A stretch of DNA of 64,000 bases from Candidatus Multivorans sp. (lineage in GTDB: Bacteria > Acidobacteriota > Thermoanaerobaculia > Multivoradales > Multivoraceae). The stretch's first letter is position 1; each line of letters begins with the position of its first letter. Shown piece by piece: positions 27,841 to 36,771 of the stretch. The stretch spans positions 4,288,001 to 4,352,000 of the forward strand of contig OZ251997.1 of NCBI GenBank assembly GCA_965247095.1. The letters run 5' to 3'. The position numbers and the translations under genes were made by a program. Under the pieces are notes generated by a model. That model saw nothing but the letters and a program-made list of their open reading frames with translations. It was not told the origin of the DNA and made no database searches.

Positions 27841-27906
27841 TCGCCGCCGGTCCTCTCTCGCCTTGGCTAGGCCTTGGGCGTGCGTGAACTGGGACCTGTG
27901 GCGGCG

Positions 27907-28779
27907 TCACGGAGTTCTGGTCCAGCGAGTCGGGACGCGCTCTGGCGAGATTGCAAAACACTGTTCCTCGAAGATCGCCTCTAGTATCCACGCGACCCGG
28001 TCGGCTGCGTCGACATGAACGGCATCTCGAATCACGACCTGTTTGACCTTGAAGTCGAGTGACTCGATCCTAGCCCTCTCGTTCGCGTCGCCGTGCAGTA
28101 CCGGTGTTCCCTCTTCGAACACTAAGGAATAGGAGCGGAGTCCGTCCTCTCGTGAGCAGGTCACTTGACCGGGCACTCGGCCAGCAGGTATAGGCAGCCC
28201 CACCGAAATCGGGAGCGCGAGTGTGTAGTTGATGACATCGCGCAGTGAAGCGGTTGATCCGTCCTTCATGGGGACCCGCAGCTCGTTGCCTGACGTAGCA
28301 CGGCCGAGCTTCTGGGATGGCCTCGCGCCCTTGATCACGGCCTGGCTGTCAACGACTACGTCCTGAAGAAGGCAAAGGTCAACGGAGAGACGTCTGATGA
28401 AGCCGTTCCAGTCGGCGTCGGTGACCGGTCGAAGCCGCACTAGGCTGATCCTCTTGCCCGCCGCGAAGCGTTCAGCTGGTTTAGTGAATCCATTGAGGGA
28501 GACCAGCACTCCCTTCTCAATGCCAGTGTCGTGGAGCATTGAGGACAGCATGGCGACGCTGGGCCTGCCGACTCTGCGATCCCAGTACTTGCAATCGATT
28601 GCCGTACGGTATCTGTGAAGGCCGTCGGTGTGGGAAGCGAGGACGTCGATCTGGTATGGCGTGCCGGACGAACCGTGGACCCGGCAAGCCGGGCCCCAGC
28701 ATTCAACTGTTACGCCAGACGCTTGCCCCAATCGTTGGTAGATGTCCTTCGTGAGTTCCTCGTATGATTGCCAGTTCAC
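27907..28779 (-). CDS. Mrr-like (Mrr_cat) restriction endonuclease with an unknown C-terminal domain
   Basis: WQSYEE...GSSGTPYQIDVL...AIDCKYW...KGVLVSLNGFTKPA; RBS AAGGAG before GTG 28779. Confidence 0.8.
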   Translation of the reverse strand: MNWQSYEELTKDIYQRLGQASGVTVECWGPACRVHGSSGTPYQIDVLASHTDGLHRYRTAIDCKYWDRRVGRPSVAMLSSMLHDTGIEKGVLVSLNGFTKPAERFAAGKRISLVRLRPVTDADWNGFIRRLSVDLCLLQDVVVDSQAVIKGARPSQKLGRATSGNELRVPMKDGSTASLRDVINYTLALPISVGLPIPAGRVPGQVTCSREDGLRSYSLVFEEGTPVLHGDANERARIESLDFKVKQVVIRDAVHVDAADRVAWILEAIFEEQCFAISPERVPTRWTRTP

Positions 28780-28849
28780 ATTCGCTCCTTGGCCGAGCGT
28801 TGTCACCCGGCATCCTCGCCTCGTGATTGCTCCACGTCAACCGTTCTAG

Positions 28850-30818
28850 CCCGAAGTTCTGAGCTTCAAGTCGTGAAATCGCCTGTAGTGGTGGGCGTTT
28901 TCAGTTGTTCGGCGGTGTCTTGTACTGGGTACGTCGGCTTCAGGGGCGGATGCCGAGTAGTTTGAAGGCTTCGTTCTGGAGTGGAGTGGGCCGTGCGAGG
29001 ACGTCGGCGGTGGAGTCGGCCTTGCCGTGCATCCGCACGCGGTTTCGGGTCAGCGTGGCCAGGTCGGCGAGCAAGGTCTGGAAGCTGTGGACGGGGAGTC
29101 CGTCGGGGGTCCTCCGGGAGTTGGCCTTGGTCATTGCCTCGTGCGACCTTCGCGCGGGATCGACGGGCGACTCGCGTTGGTCGTCGCGGCGTTGGTCGTC
29201 GAAGAGGAGGGGCGCCAGGGTCCGGCGCATGTGCCACTCGACGTAGTAGGCGAGCATGCAGAGGAAGACGTGGGCGCGTACCCTCGAGGCTAGGCGATGG
29301 TGGACGGGGCGCACTTTGAGGTCGACGCTCTTGTAGGAGCGGAAGGCGCGTTCGACGCGGCTGAGGCTCTTGTAGGCGCGGACCGCATCGGCTGCCGGCA
29401 GTTCGTCTTCGGGGACGTTGGTGCGGATGACGTAGAAGCCGTCGAGAGCGGCTTCCTCGGCGATGCGCGCCTCGTTGCGGCGGTATTGGAAGCCGTCCTC
29501 TTCGATCTCGACCTCGAAGTGCTTGCCGACCTTGTAGGCGCCCAGGGCGCGGTCCGCGCGCACGGCGATGGCGTCCTTGCCGCGCAGGGGGTTCTTCTTG
29601 CGCCGCGTCGCCGCAACGACGGCGTCGAGCTTGCGCTCGGTGGATTCGAGAAGCTCCTGGCGCTTGCGGCCGCGTTCCTCCGCCAGAAGCGGGTTCCGGC
29701 ACACCACGAGGCGCTCCTTGGGGTACAGCTCCGGGACGCTGATCTCGGCCATCTTCCGCTGGTCGAAGAGCGACAGTTGCAGGTGGCCTTCCTGGGCCAG
29801 CGTCCTGATCGCCGGCGCGCGCAGGGCGCTGATCCAGGACAGGCCCGCGGGGTCGAGGTCCTCGCGGATGCGCGCGTCGGTGATCAGGCCCCGGTCTGAG
29901 ACCATCACGATCCTCTCCAGCGAGAAGCGGTCGCGGAGCTTCTGCACCTGGGCGTTCAGGGTCGTCGGATCGGCCGTGTTGCCCTCGAATACCTCGACCG
30001 CGACCGGGCATCCGTCCCGGCTGCAGAGCAGGCCGAAGACGATCTGGACCTTGCCTCTCTTCTTGTCCCTGGAGTAGCCGTGCCTGGCCAGCGTGCACTT
30101 CCTGCCCTCAAAGTAGACCGAGGTCACGTCGTAAAGCACCAGCGAGCCGTCTTCCAGATGCCGCCGGGCAAGAGTCCGCTCGATGCGCGGCTGTCTTTCG
30201 AGCAGCCAGTCCATGGCGCCGTAGAGTTCGTCGGCCGAGGCCTCCTGCACGCCGAGTTCCTCGCCGAGGGTGTGGCTCATGGTCTCGCTTGCGAGTCCGC
30301 GGGCGGTGGCGAGCTTGGATCGCGGCTCGAGGATGCGGGCCGCGATCATGGCCAGCGCCAGCGCCCGTTCGCGCGAGGGCCGTCGGTCGAGGAGTCGTTC
30401 GATGCCGAGGCTTCGGGCCGCGCCGAGCACGGCGGCGACATGGCCGTGCGGTCTGGCGCGCAGGATCTCGAAGGCGGCCTCGAGCGAAGGCAGGGCGACT
30501 CCTCCCTTGAACAGGGTTCTGAGTCCTTCGACGAGTTGGTCGGGCCACTTGGAGAGGTTGGCGAGAGTGCGTTTCTTGACCTTTCCGTCCTGTCGGTAGG
30601 ACTCTCTCAGCAGGACGGCGGGTGGTGAGTTTCGGTTGGGTACCCGTTCTATGTACATGGCTTCCTATTGTAGACGAAACCATTCAGGATGTCTACATGC
30701 CACGAGATCATTACATGGCTACCAATGGCAGAAAACAGGGGCGGCCCAACACCCGAAAACCCAAGCACTGCAACGCCTCTCGACGACGAGGACGCCCCAG
30801 GAGCCTCAGAACTTCGGG
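28850..30818 (-). mobile_element. IS1634-family insertion sequence, copy B
   Basis: Terminal IRs CCCGAAGTTCTGAG...CTCAGAACTTCGGG; CTAG on both flanks (28846-28849, 30819-30822). Confidence 0.92.
28940..30658 (-). CDS. IS1634-family DDE transposase
   Basis: Same motifs as 15764-17500 (YDVTSVYFEG, VSDRG, VERAF) but clearly diverged in sequence. Confidence 0.95.
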   Translation of the reverse strand: MYIERVPNRNSPPAVLLRESYRQDGKVKKRTLANLSKWPDQLVEGLRTLFKGGVALPSLEAAFEILRARPHGHVAAVLGAARSLGIERLLDRRPSRERALALAMIAARILEPRSKLATARGLASETMSHTLGEELGVQEASADELYGAMDWLLERQPRIERTLARRHLEDGSLVLYDVTSVYFEGRKCTLARHGYSRDKKRGKVQIVFGLLCSRDGCPVAVEVFEGNTADPTTLNAQVQKLRDRFSLERIVMVSDRGLITDARIREDLDPAGLSWISALRAPAIRTLAQEGHLQLSLFDQRKMAEISVPELYPKERLVVCRNPLLAEERGRKRQELLESTERKLDAVVAATRRKKNPLRGKDAIAVRADRALGAYKVGKHFEVEIEEDGFQYRRNEARIAEEAALDGFYVIRTNVPEDELPAADAVRAYKSLSRVERAFRSYKSVDLKVRPVHHRLASRVRAHVFLCMLAYYVEWHMRRTLAPLLFDDQRRDDQRESPVDPARRSHEAMTKANSRRTPDGLPVHSFQTLLADLATLTRNRVRMHGKADSTADVLARPTPLQNEAFKLLGIRP

Positions 30819-31138
30819 CTAGAGGAGAGCAGTAAACGGCCGGCCGCGTGCCGTGTGCGGCGCAGTTCCTGTTCCGATTGGAGGTTCAGGCTCTACTTCC
30901 TTCCTTCGTAGGGATTCACCTCAGGTGTAGGGGCACACCCTGGCTCCACCCGTGGTGAAAGGGAGCGGACGCCATGTTAAGAGAGCTGGATAGATGAAGG
31001 GGAATGTCAGACGAGTTGCGGGCTCCACTCTGCACCGGGTAACGTAGCCCCGTCCCCGTCGCGAGTCTTCTTCTGTCGTCACAACGTCAGGCCGATCGTC
31101 CGCAACTCCGCCGCCCCGGCTCGCACGATGCCCTCCGG

Positions 31139-32164
31139 GTGGTGGGGTGCACCATGCTCTTCGCGGCTTGCACGGCGGCGCCCGACCAAGACCGCCCGAG
31201 CGGACCGCCGTGGGAGATCCCGGTGGTGGTGGTTCGCTATCTCCCCACGAGCGACGGTGACGTGGTCGATCGATCGGTCACCGGCGACTGGGGTGAGTCC
31301 ATCGCCGACACGCGCCGGAAGACGGATTCTCTCACCGCGGCGCTCGTCGTGGCGCTCGAGGACGGATCGCGGTATCGCGCCTATGTCGACTCGGCCGCAC
31401 CTCCCAGCCTGCGCTACCAAGTGGTCCACACGGAGGAACGGCTCAAACCCCTGCCCACCTTTGACAAACCCGGGCACGACGTGCCGATGACGGACTATGG
31501 CGCGATCGCGGCCGCTCATGACATCGCCGGCTGGGTTGAGGACGAGGGCGTGAAGGAAGTGTGGATCTGGGGCTATCACGGCGGCGTCATCGACCTGTGG
31601 GAGTCCAACATGGCCGGTCCCTGGGGGGACGTGAGCAACAGCGATCGCGATACCCTCGACCTGCCGGTGACCAGCCGTACCTATACGGTGTACCATTACA
31701 ACTACCAGCGCGGTCTGTCGGAAGCGATCGAAAACCATATGCACCAGCTGGAGGCAGTGATGAATGCCGCGGACGAGCGCGATTCGACGCCCGATGATGC
31801 CTGGAGCGATCTGTTGTTCTGGGGCAAATTCGTGGGAAGTGACATCTCGCACCGTATCGTGAGTCCGCGGTGCGGGTGGTCGCACATTCCGCCGAACGGC
31901 GAGCGAGATTACGACTGGGCGAATCAGCGGTTCGTCGAGAGCGATTGCGAAGATTGGCGTCCCGACCGCATGGGCGCCACGCAGCGGACGAATTGCGAGC
32001 GGTGGGGGTGCACGAGCCTGGGCTGGTTCCGATACTGGACCCAAAACATTCCGGGCGCCGGTCACACACTGTCGTACGGCGGCCGGCCGCTGACCAATTG
32101 GTGGCGGTTGATTGGGGACTACGACGGGGCCATGCGTGAGGGGTACGGTCTGGTGGAACGATGA
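31139..32164 (+). CDS. Uncharacterised exported or lipoprotein, possibly metallo-hydrolase-like
   Basis: LFAAC lipobox-like; VKEVWIWGYH, ENHMHQLEAV and CGWSHIPPN motifs; overlaps the next gene (ATGA). Confidence 0.65.
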   Translation: MVGCTMLFAACTAAPDQDRPSGPPWEIPVVVVRYLPTSDGDVVDRSVTGDWGESIADTRRKTDSLTAALVVALEDGSRYRAYVDSAAPPSLRYQVVHTEERLKPLPTFDKPGHDVPMTDYGAIAAAHDIAGWVEDEGVKEVWIWGYHGGVIDLWESNMAGPWGDVSNSDRDTLDLPVTSRTYTVYHYNYQRGLSEAIENHMHQLEAVMNAADERDSTPDDAWSDLLFWGKFVGSDISHRIVSPRCGWSHIPPNGERDYDWANQRFVESDCEDWRPDRMGATQRTNCERWGCTSLGWFRYWTQNIPGAGHTLSYGGRPLTNWWRLIGDYDGAMREGYGLVER

Positions 32165-34392
32165 CCGCGGGCGTCACGGCGCCCACTACCGGCGATCGAC
32201 TCGACGCTCTCGCGCGGAGCGACAAGTGGTACCTCTCGTGCGGGGACGGCATCGTGTGGGCGCCGCCGTTTCCCCAATGGCTAAGCCATCCGGGGTTTTG
32301 GGATGAGGCGCTCGTCTACTATCACCCCTTCGCGCCGTTGTTCACCGTCGCGTTGGTCGGTCCTACGGGAGAGGCGGCGGCCCTGGAGCGTGGGCCGCTC
32401 GATTGGCGACCAGATGGGTTGACCGTGCAGTGGCGCGCGCAGCGAGCCGAGTTGATCGAGCGTCGGTTTGCGTTGCCGGGGGGTGAGTTCGTGTCGCATT
32501 GGGAACCCGCGGGTGCTACGGAGTGGCCGTCGTCACTCCGCGACTGGCACCTCGTAGCGTTTTCCGTCCAACCGTGGGAGACCGTGCAAAACCTGCGCCG
32601 CGACGACGCGCGCGACGTGCTGACGTGGGGCCGCACGCTCATCGATCGGCACGAGCACCCGTTACAGGTGCAGGCGACCATCGCCGCGGCGGGCGCCGGA
32701 ACCGCGGCACTCGTGTCGGCGCGCCGGTCGGAGCCGAGTGCCATGCATCCGCTGTGGCGTCTGACCCCGTTCTGGGAAGAGTGGCGCGAGCAATCGCCGC
32801 CGGGGCTTGCTGGCGAGGTATGCCTCGGCGGTGTGGAAACGCGAGATGTCGTGTACGTGGCGCTGGACGTTCCGCTGGCCGATGCCGGTGAGGTGTCGTT
32901 CGCGCTGCGGCTGGAGCCGGAGACGCGGAAAGGTCGGGTGGCAGCTCAGGGCAATCGAGATCCGCGGTCACCGTGGGTAGAGTTCTTTGACGGGTTTCCT
33001 CGGTTCACCTGTTCCAATCAGCACCTGACGCGATACTACGATTACCGTGTGTTCGGTTTGCGGCTCAACCGACTGGACGGCGACGCGGGCAACGTACGGC
33101 ACCCCGCGATCGCCGAAGGGATCGGCTATTTCCACGTTCCGATTACGTACAGCGGCCAGTGTCACATGCGGGAGATGCGGTGGAGCCGAACGCCGGATGT
33201 GGCCCACGGCACCCTGCTGAATTTCCTGGACGCACAACGCCAGGATGGATCGTTGCACGGCCGTCTGTACACCAACCACCTCGAAGGCACGGACTTCTAT
33301 CACGCCGACTGGGGCGATGCTGTGCTGGCGGTGGATGCGGTACACGATGACGAGGAGTTCTTGGAGACGGCGTATGGCGGGCTGTCGCGTTATGCGCGAT
33401 GGTTGGACACGACGCGAGATCGGGAAGCCTCATGTCTGTACGACGTCGTGAACCAGTACGAGACGGGCCAGGAGTACATGGCGCGATACCAGGCGGTGGA
33501 CGACCGTGCCGATATGGACGGTCGGGAATCAGGCTTGCGACTGAAGGGCGTGGACGTCACCGTCTACACGTATCAACTGAAGCAGACGCTGGCGGTGATG
33601 GCCGACCGGCTCTGCAAGGGGGACGAGTCAGCGGAATGGCGTGGAGCAGCGGATCGCATCGGCGCGGCGATCCTCGAGCATCTGTGGGACGACGAGTGCG
33701 GCTTCTTCTTCGACGTCGATCCCCGTACGATGCGTCGCACTGGCGCCAAGGCCGCCGTGGGTTTCTATCCGCTGCTCACCGATCTCGTCGGAGAAGAGCA
33801 CGTGCGCGCGCTGGTGGCGCACCTCGAGAATCCGGAGGAGTTCGGATCGCCGTATCCCATACCGTCGTCCAGTCTCGATGACGCCTATTTCGCCGGCCAA
33901 CCGTTATGGAAGGGAAAGCGGCACAACTGTCCGTGGAACGGGCGCGTGTGGCCGATGGTCAACAGCCACGTCATCGACGGCTTGTTGCGGCAATGGCGCC
34001 GCGGTCGTCGAGCGGTTGGTCCGGTGGCCGGCCGATTGCTGGTGCGGTTTGTGGAGATGATGTTCGACAATGGCGACGTCCACCGGCCCAACTGCTTCGA
34101 GCATTACAATCCGTTTACCGGTCAGGCGTCGGTCTACCGCGGCATCGACGACTACCAACACAGTTGGGTGCTCGACCTCCTGCTCCGCGGCGTCGCCGGT
34201 ATCGTGCCTGGGCGGGATGGCATCGCAATCGATCCGTTGACGTTGGAGTTGGACGACGTAACGGTCGAGCGCGCGGTGGTCCGAGGTCACGATGTCACCG
34301 TGATGCGGAAGGGCTCGCGCGTGACCGCTACGGTCGACGGCGACCGGTACGAGACCGAGGTCGGGACGCCGGTCGAGATCGGTTATACGTGA
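32161..34392 (+). CDS. (alpha/alpha)6 glycoside hydrolase, GH63/MGH1-like
   Basis: YETGQEY; LWDDECGFFFD; GFYPLL; PIPSSSLDD; CPWNGRVWP; CFEHYNPFTG. Confidence 0.8.
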   Translation: MTAGVTAPTTGDRLDALARSDKWYLSCGDGIVWAPPFPQWLSHPGFWDEALVYYHPFAPLFTVALVGPTGEAAALERGPLDWRPDGLTVQWRAQRAELIERRFALPGGEFVSHWEPAGATEWPSSLRDWHLVAFSVQPWETVQNLRRDDARDVLTWGRTLIDRHEHPLQVQATIAAAGAGTAALVSARRSEPSAMHPLWRLTPFWEEWREQSPPGLAGEVCLGGVETRDVVYVALDVPLADAGEVSFALRLEPETRKGRVAAQGNRDPRSPWVEFFDGFPRFTCSNQHLTRYYDYRVFGLRLNRLDGDAGNVRHPAIAEGIGYFHVPITYSGQCHMREMRWSRTPDVAHGTLLNFLDAQRQDGSLHGRLYTNHLEGTDFYHADWGDAVLAVDAVHDDEEFLETAYGGLSRYARWLDTTRDREASCLYDVVNQYETGQEYMARYQAVDDRADMDGRESGLRLKGVDVTVYTYQLKQTLAVMADRLCKGDESAEWRGAADRIGAAILEHLWDDECGFFFDVDPRTMRRTGAKAAVGFYPLLTDLVGEEHVRALVAHLENPEEFGSPYPIPSSSLDDAYFAGQPLWKGKRHNCPWNGRVWPMVNSHVIDGLLRQWRRGRRAVGPVAGRLLVRFVEMMFDNGDVHRPNCFEHYNPFTGQASVYRGIDDYQHSWVLDLLLRGVAGIVPGRDGIAIDPLTLELDDVTVERAVVRGHDVTVMRKGSRVTATVDGDRYETEVGTPVEIGYT

Positions 34393-34393
34393 G

Positions 34394-35479
34394 ATGAGCC
34401 TCGAACTCGTTGGTCTGGAGAAACGATACGGGTCGGTTGCGGCGCTCCGCCCCCTCGATCTGACGGTCGATCGAGGAGAGTTCGTGGTGTTGCTTGGACC
34501 GTCGGGGTGTGGCAAAACCACGGCGTTGCGGTTGATCGCCGGCCTCGAAGAGCCAACGGCCGGCGAGGTGCGGATCGACGGTCGCGTCGTCAACGAGGTG
34601 GAACCCGCCGCGCGCGACGTCGCGATGGTGTTCCAGAACTACGCGCTCTATCCCCACATGACCGTCCACGACAATCTCGCCTTCGGGCTCCGCATGCGGC
34701 GGACGCAGCCGGCGGAGGCGCGTGAAAAGGTGGAGTGGGCGGCGTCGGTGTTGGGCGTCGAGGAGCTACTCGACCGGAGACCGGGCGAGCTGTCGGGCGG
34801 CCAGCGACAGCGAGTGGCGTTGGGGCGGGCGCTCGTGCGCGAACCTCGCGTGTTTCTGTTCGACGAGCCCCTCTCCAATCTCGACGCCCGCCTTCGCCTC
34901 GAGATGCGAACCGAGATCGCCGGCCTCCACCGAAAGCTCGGCACGACGATGGTGTTCGTCACGCACGATCAGGTCGAGGCCATGACCCTGGGGCATCGCA
35001 TAGCGGTGATGCGCGACGGACGATTGCAGCAGTACGCGCCGCCCCTCGACGTCTACCGGCGTCCGGCGAATCTCTTCGTGGCGGGATTCATCGGCATGCC
35101 TCCGATCAATACCGTCGGTGGCGACGTCACCGCCGAAAACTCGGCCAGCCGGTTTCGTACAACTGACTTGGAGCTCGACCTGCCGTTGGTGGGGTATGCC
35201 GGCGTCGCCACGCTGGGCGTTCGCCCCGAGGCCGTGAGGCTCGTGACGGATGGCGAGAACGTGGACCTCCGCACAACGGTGGCCCGGTTGGAACCGCTGG
35301 GGAGCGAGGTCCTTGTGTACTTCGGCGGCCCCAAGGGAGAACCCTGGGTTGCTCGCGCCGATCCCGATATGTCGTGTGTTTCCGGGGACAGGATCGGTGT
35401 CCGCCTGGACCGGCGCAGGCTTCACCTCTTCGCCGGCGCTGACGGTGCGCGACTCGCGCCTGCGGGAGAGGAGGGGTGA
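34394..35479 (+). CDS. Sugar ABC transporter ATPase (MalK/UgpC family)
   Basis: GPSGCGKTT, VFQNYALYPHMTV, LSGGQRQRVALGR, FDEPLSNLDA, THDQVEAMT. Confidence 0.96.
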   Translation: MSLELVGLEKRYGSVAALRPLDLTVDRGEFVVLLGPSGCGKTTALRLIAGLEEPTAGEVRIDGRVVNEVEPAARDVAMVFQNYALYPHMTVHDNLAFGLRMRRTQPAEAREKVEWAASVLGVEELLDRRPGELSGGQRQRVALGRALVREPRVFLFDEPLSNLDARLRLEMRTEIAGLHRKLGTTMVFVTHDQVEAMTLGHRIAVMRDGRLQQYAPPLDVYRRPANLFVAGFIGMPPINTVGGDVTAENSASRFRTTDLELDLPLVGYAGVATLGVRPEAVRLVTDGENVDLRTTVARLEPLGSEVLVYFGGPKGEPWVARADPDMSCVSGDRIGVRLDRRRLHLFAGADGARLAPAGEEG

Positions 35480-36771
35480 TGAAGTCGTACGGAGCTGCGC
35501 GACAGTTGGCATGGGCTGTGGCCGTTCTAGCGGGCACGGGATGCCACGCCGGCAGTGACGAATCCGGCGTTACGCTCCGGGTCATGAATTGGGCGGCCGA
35601 CCTCGAGATCGAGATGGAGCAGCGTATCGCCGATCGGTTTGCGGCGAGCCGTCCGGGGGTGCAGGTCATCGTAGAGTCGATTGTCACCAACTACGGCGAG
35701 AAACTCATCACGTCGATCGCGGCGGGAACCCCGCCGGATGTGTTTCTCTTGGACGTGCCCGATATCCCCGCGTTCGTCGACCGGGGGTTGGTGCTCGACC
35801 TCGCGCCGTATGCGGCACGGGTGGGGTACGACCCCGATGCGGTGTTTCCCGAGGTGCTCGACGTGTTCGCTAACGGCGATCGGCTCTTTGCGTTTCCCAA
35901 GGGATTCACGCCGATGGTGGTGTACTACAACCGCCGCCTCTTCGCCGAGCGAGGCATCGCGGAGCCGGACCAGCGTGGGTGGACGTGGGAGGAGTTTCTC
36001 GCCGTGGCGCGACAACTCACGCGCGACGTCGACGGCGATGGACGCACCGACGTCTACGGCATCAACTTCCCGCGACAGTTGTACGAATGGATCCCCTGGG
36101 TGTGGTCGGCCGGTGCCGACATCATGGATCCGGATGGGCGCCGCACGGTGGGGTATTTGGATTCGGAGGAGACCGTCGAGGTGTTCGAGTTCCTCACGTC
36201 GTTGGTGACGGAGTGGAAGGTGGTGCCGCCGTTTCAATACCAGCGCGAGGGCGACCCGATGTCCGTCGGTCGCTTCTTCGTGGGCCTCCAGGCCATGCAG
36301 ACGTCGGGGCACTGGCAACTGCCTCGCCTCAGGGCGTACGCCGCCGAAGGCGATCTCGACCTGGGGATCGCCCCCATTCCCCATCGCGCGGGCGCCACGC
36401 CGCAGACCGTGATCTACACGGCGGGGTGGGCCGTTCCCACGAACGTGCGGTTCAAACGCCTCGCGGTGGAACTTGCCGCTTTCCTGGGCGGCCCCGAGGC
36501 CCAACGGATGCGCGCCCGATCGGGCATCGAGATCTCGGCCAACCGGCGCATCGCCGAAGAGTTGGCGGCGCAGGACACCTCAGGCTTGGAACGGGCGTTC
36601 CTGCAGGAAGTGATTCACGCGCGCGTTCCCTGGGGAGCTCGCGTCATGGATTTCCATGAAATCGAACTCCTGGCGTTGGACATCATGGATCGCCGGATCC
36701 TACAGGGGGACTCGCTGGCCGTAGCGGCGGCGGAGGTGGCGCGACGGATCGACGAGGTGATCGCCCGATGA
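35476..36771 (+). CDS. Sugar ABC transporter substrate-binding lipoprotein
   Basis: LAGTGC lipobox; IAAGTPPDVF; VVYYNRRLF; WTWEEFL. Confidence 0.92.
   Translation: MMKSYGAARQLAWAVAVLAGTGCHAGSDESGVTLRVMNWAADLEIEMEQRIADRFAASRPGVQVIVESIVTNYGEKLITSIAAGTPPDVFLLDVPDIPAFVDRGLVLDLAPYAARVGYDPDAVFPEVLDVFANGDRLFAFPKGFTPMVVYYNRRLFAERGIAEPDQRGWTWEEFLAVARQLTRDVDGDGRTDVYGINFPRQLYEWIPWVWSAGADIMDPDGRRTVGYLDSEETVEVFEFLTSLVTEWKVVPPFQYQREGDPMSVGRFFVGLQAMQTSGHWQLPRLRAYAAEGDLDLGIAPIPHRAGATPQTVIYTAGWAVPTNVRFKRLAVELAAFLGGPEAQRMRARSGIEISANRRIAEELAAQDTSGLERAFLQEVIHARVPWGARVMDFHEIELLALDIMDRRILQGDSLAVAAAEVARRIDEVIAR

Noticed and set aside
15694-30818. Composite transposon formed by the two IS1634 copies
   Set aside because: The copies are clearly diverged, have different terminal bases and each has its own CTAG duplication. 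Independent insertions are simpler, though the shared CTAG means a composite cannot be formally excluded.
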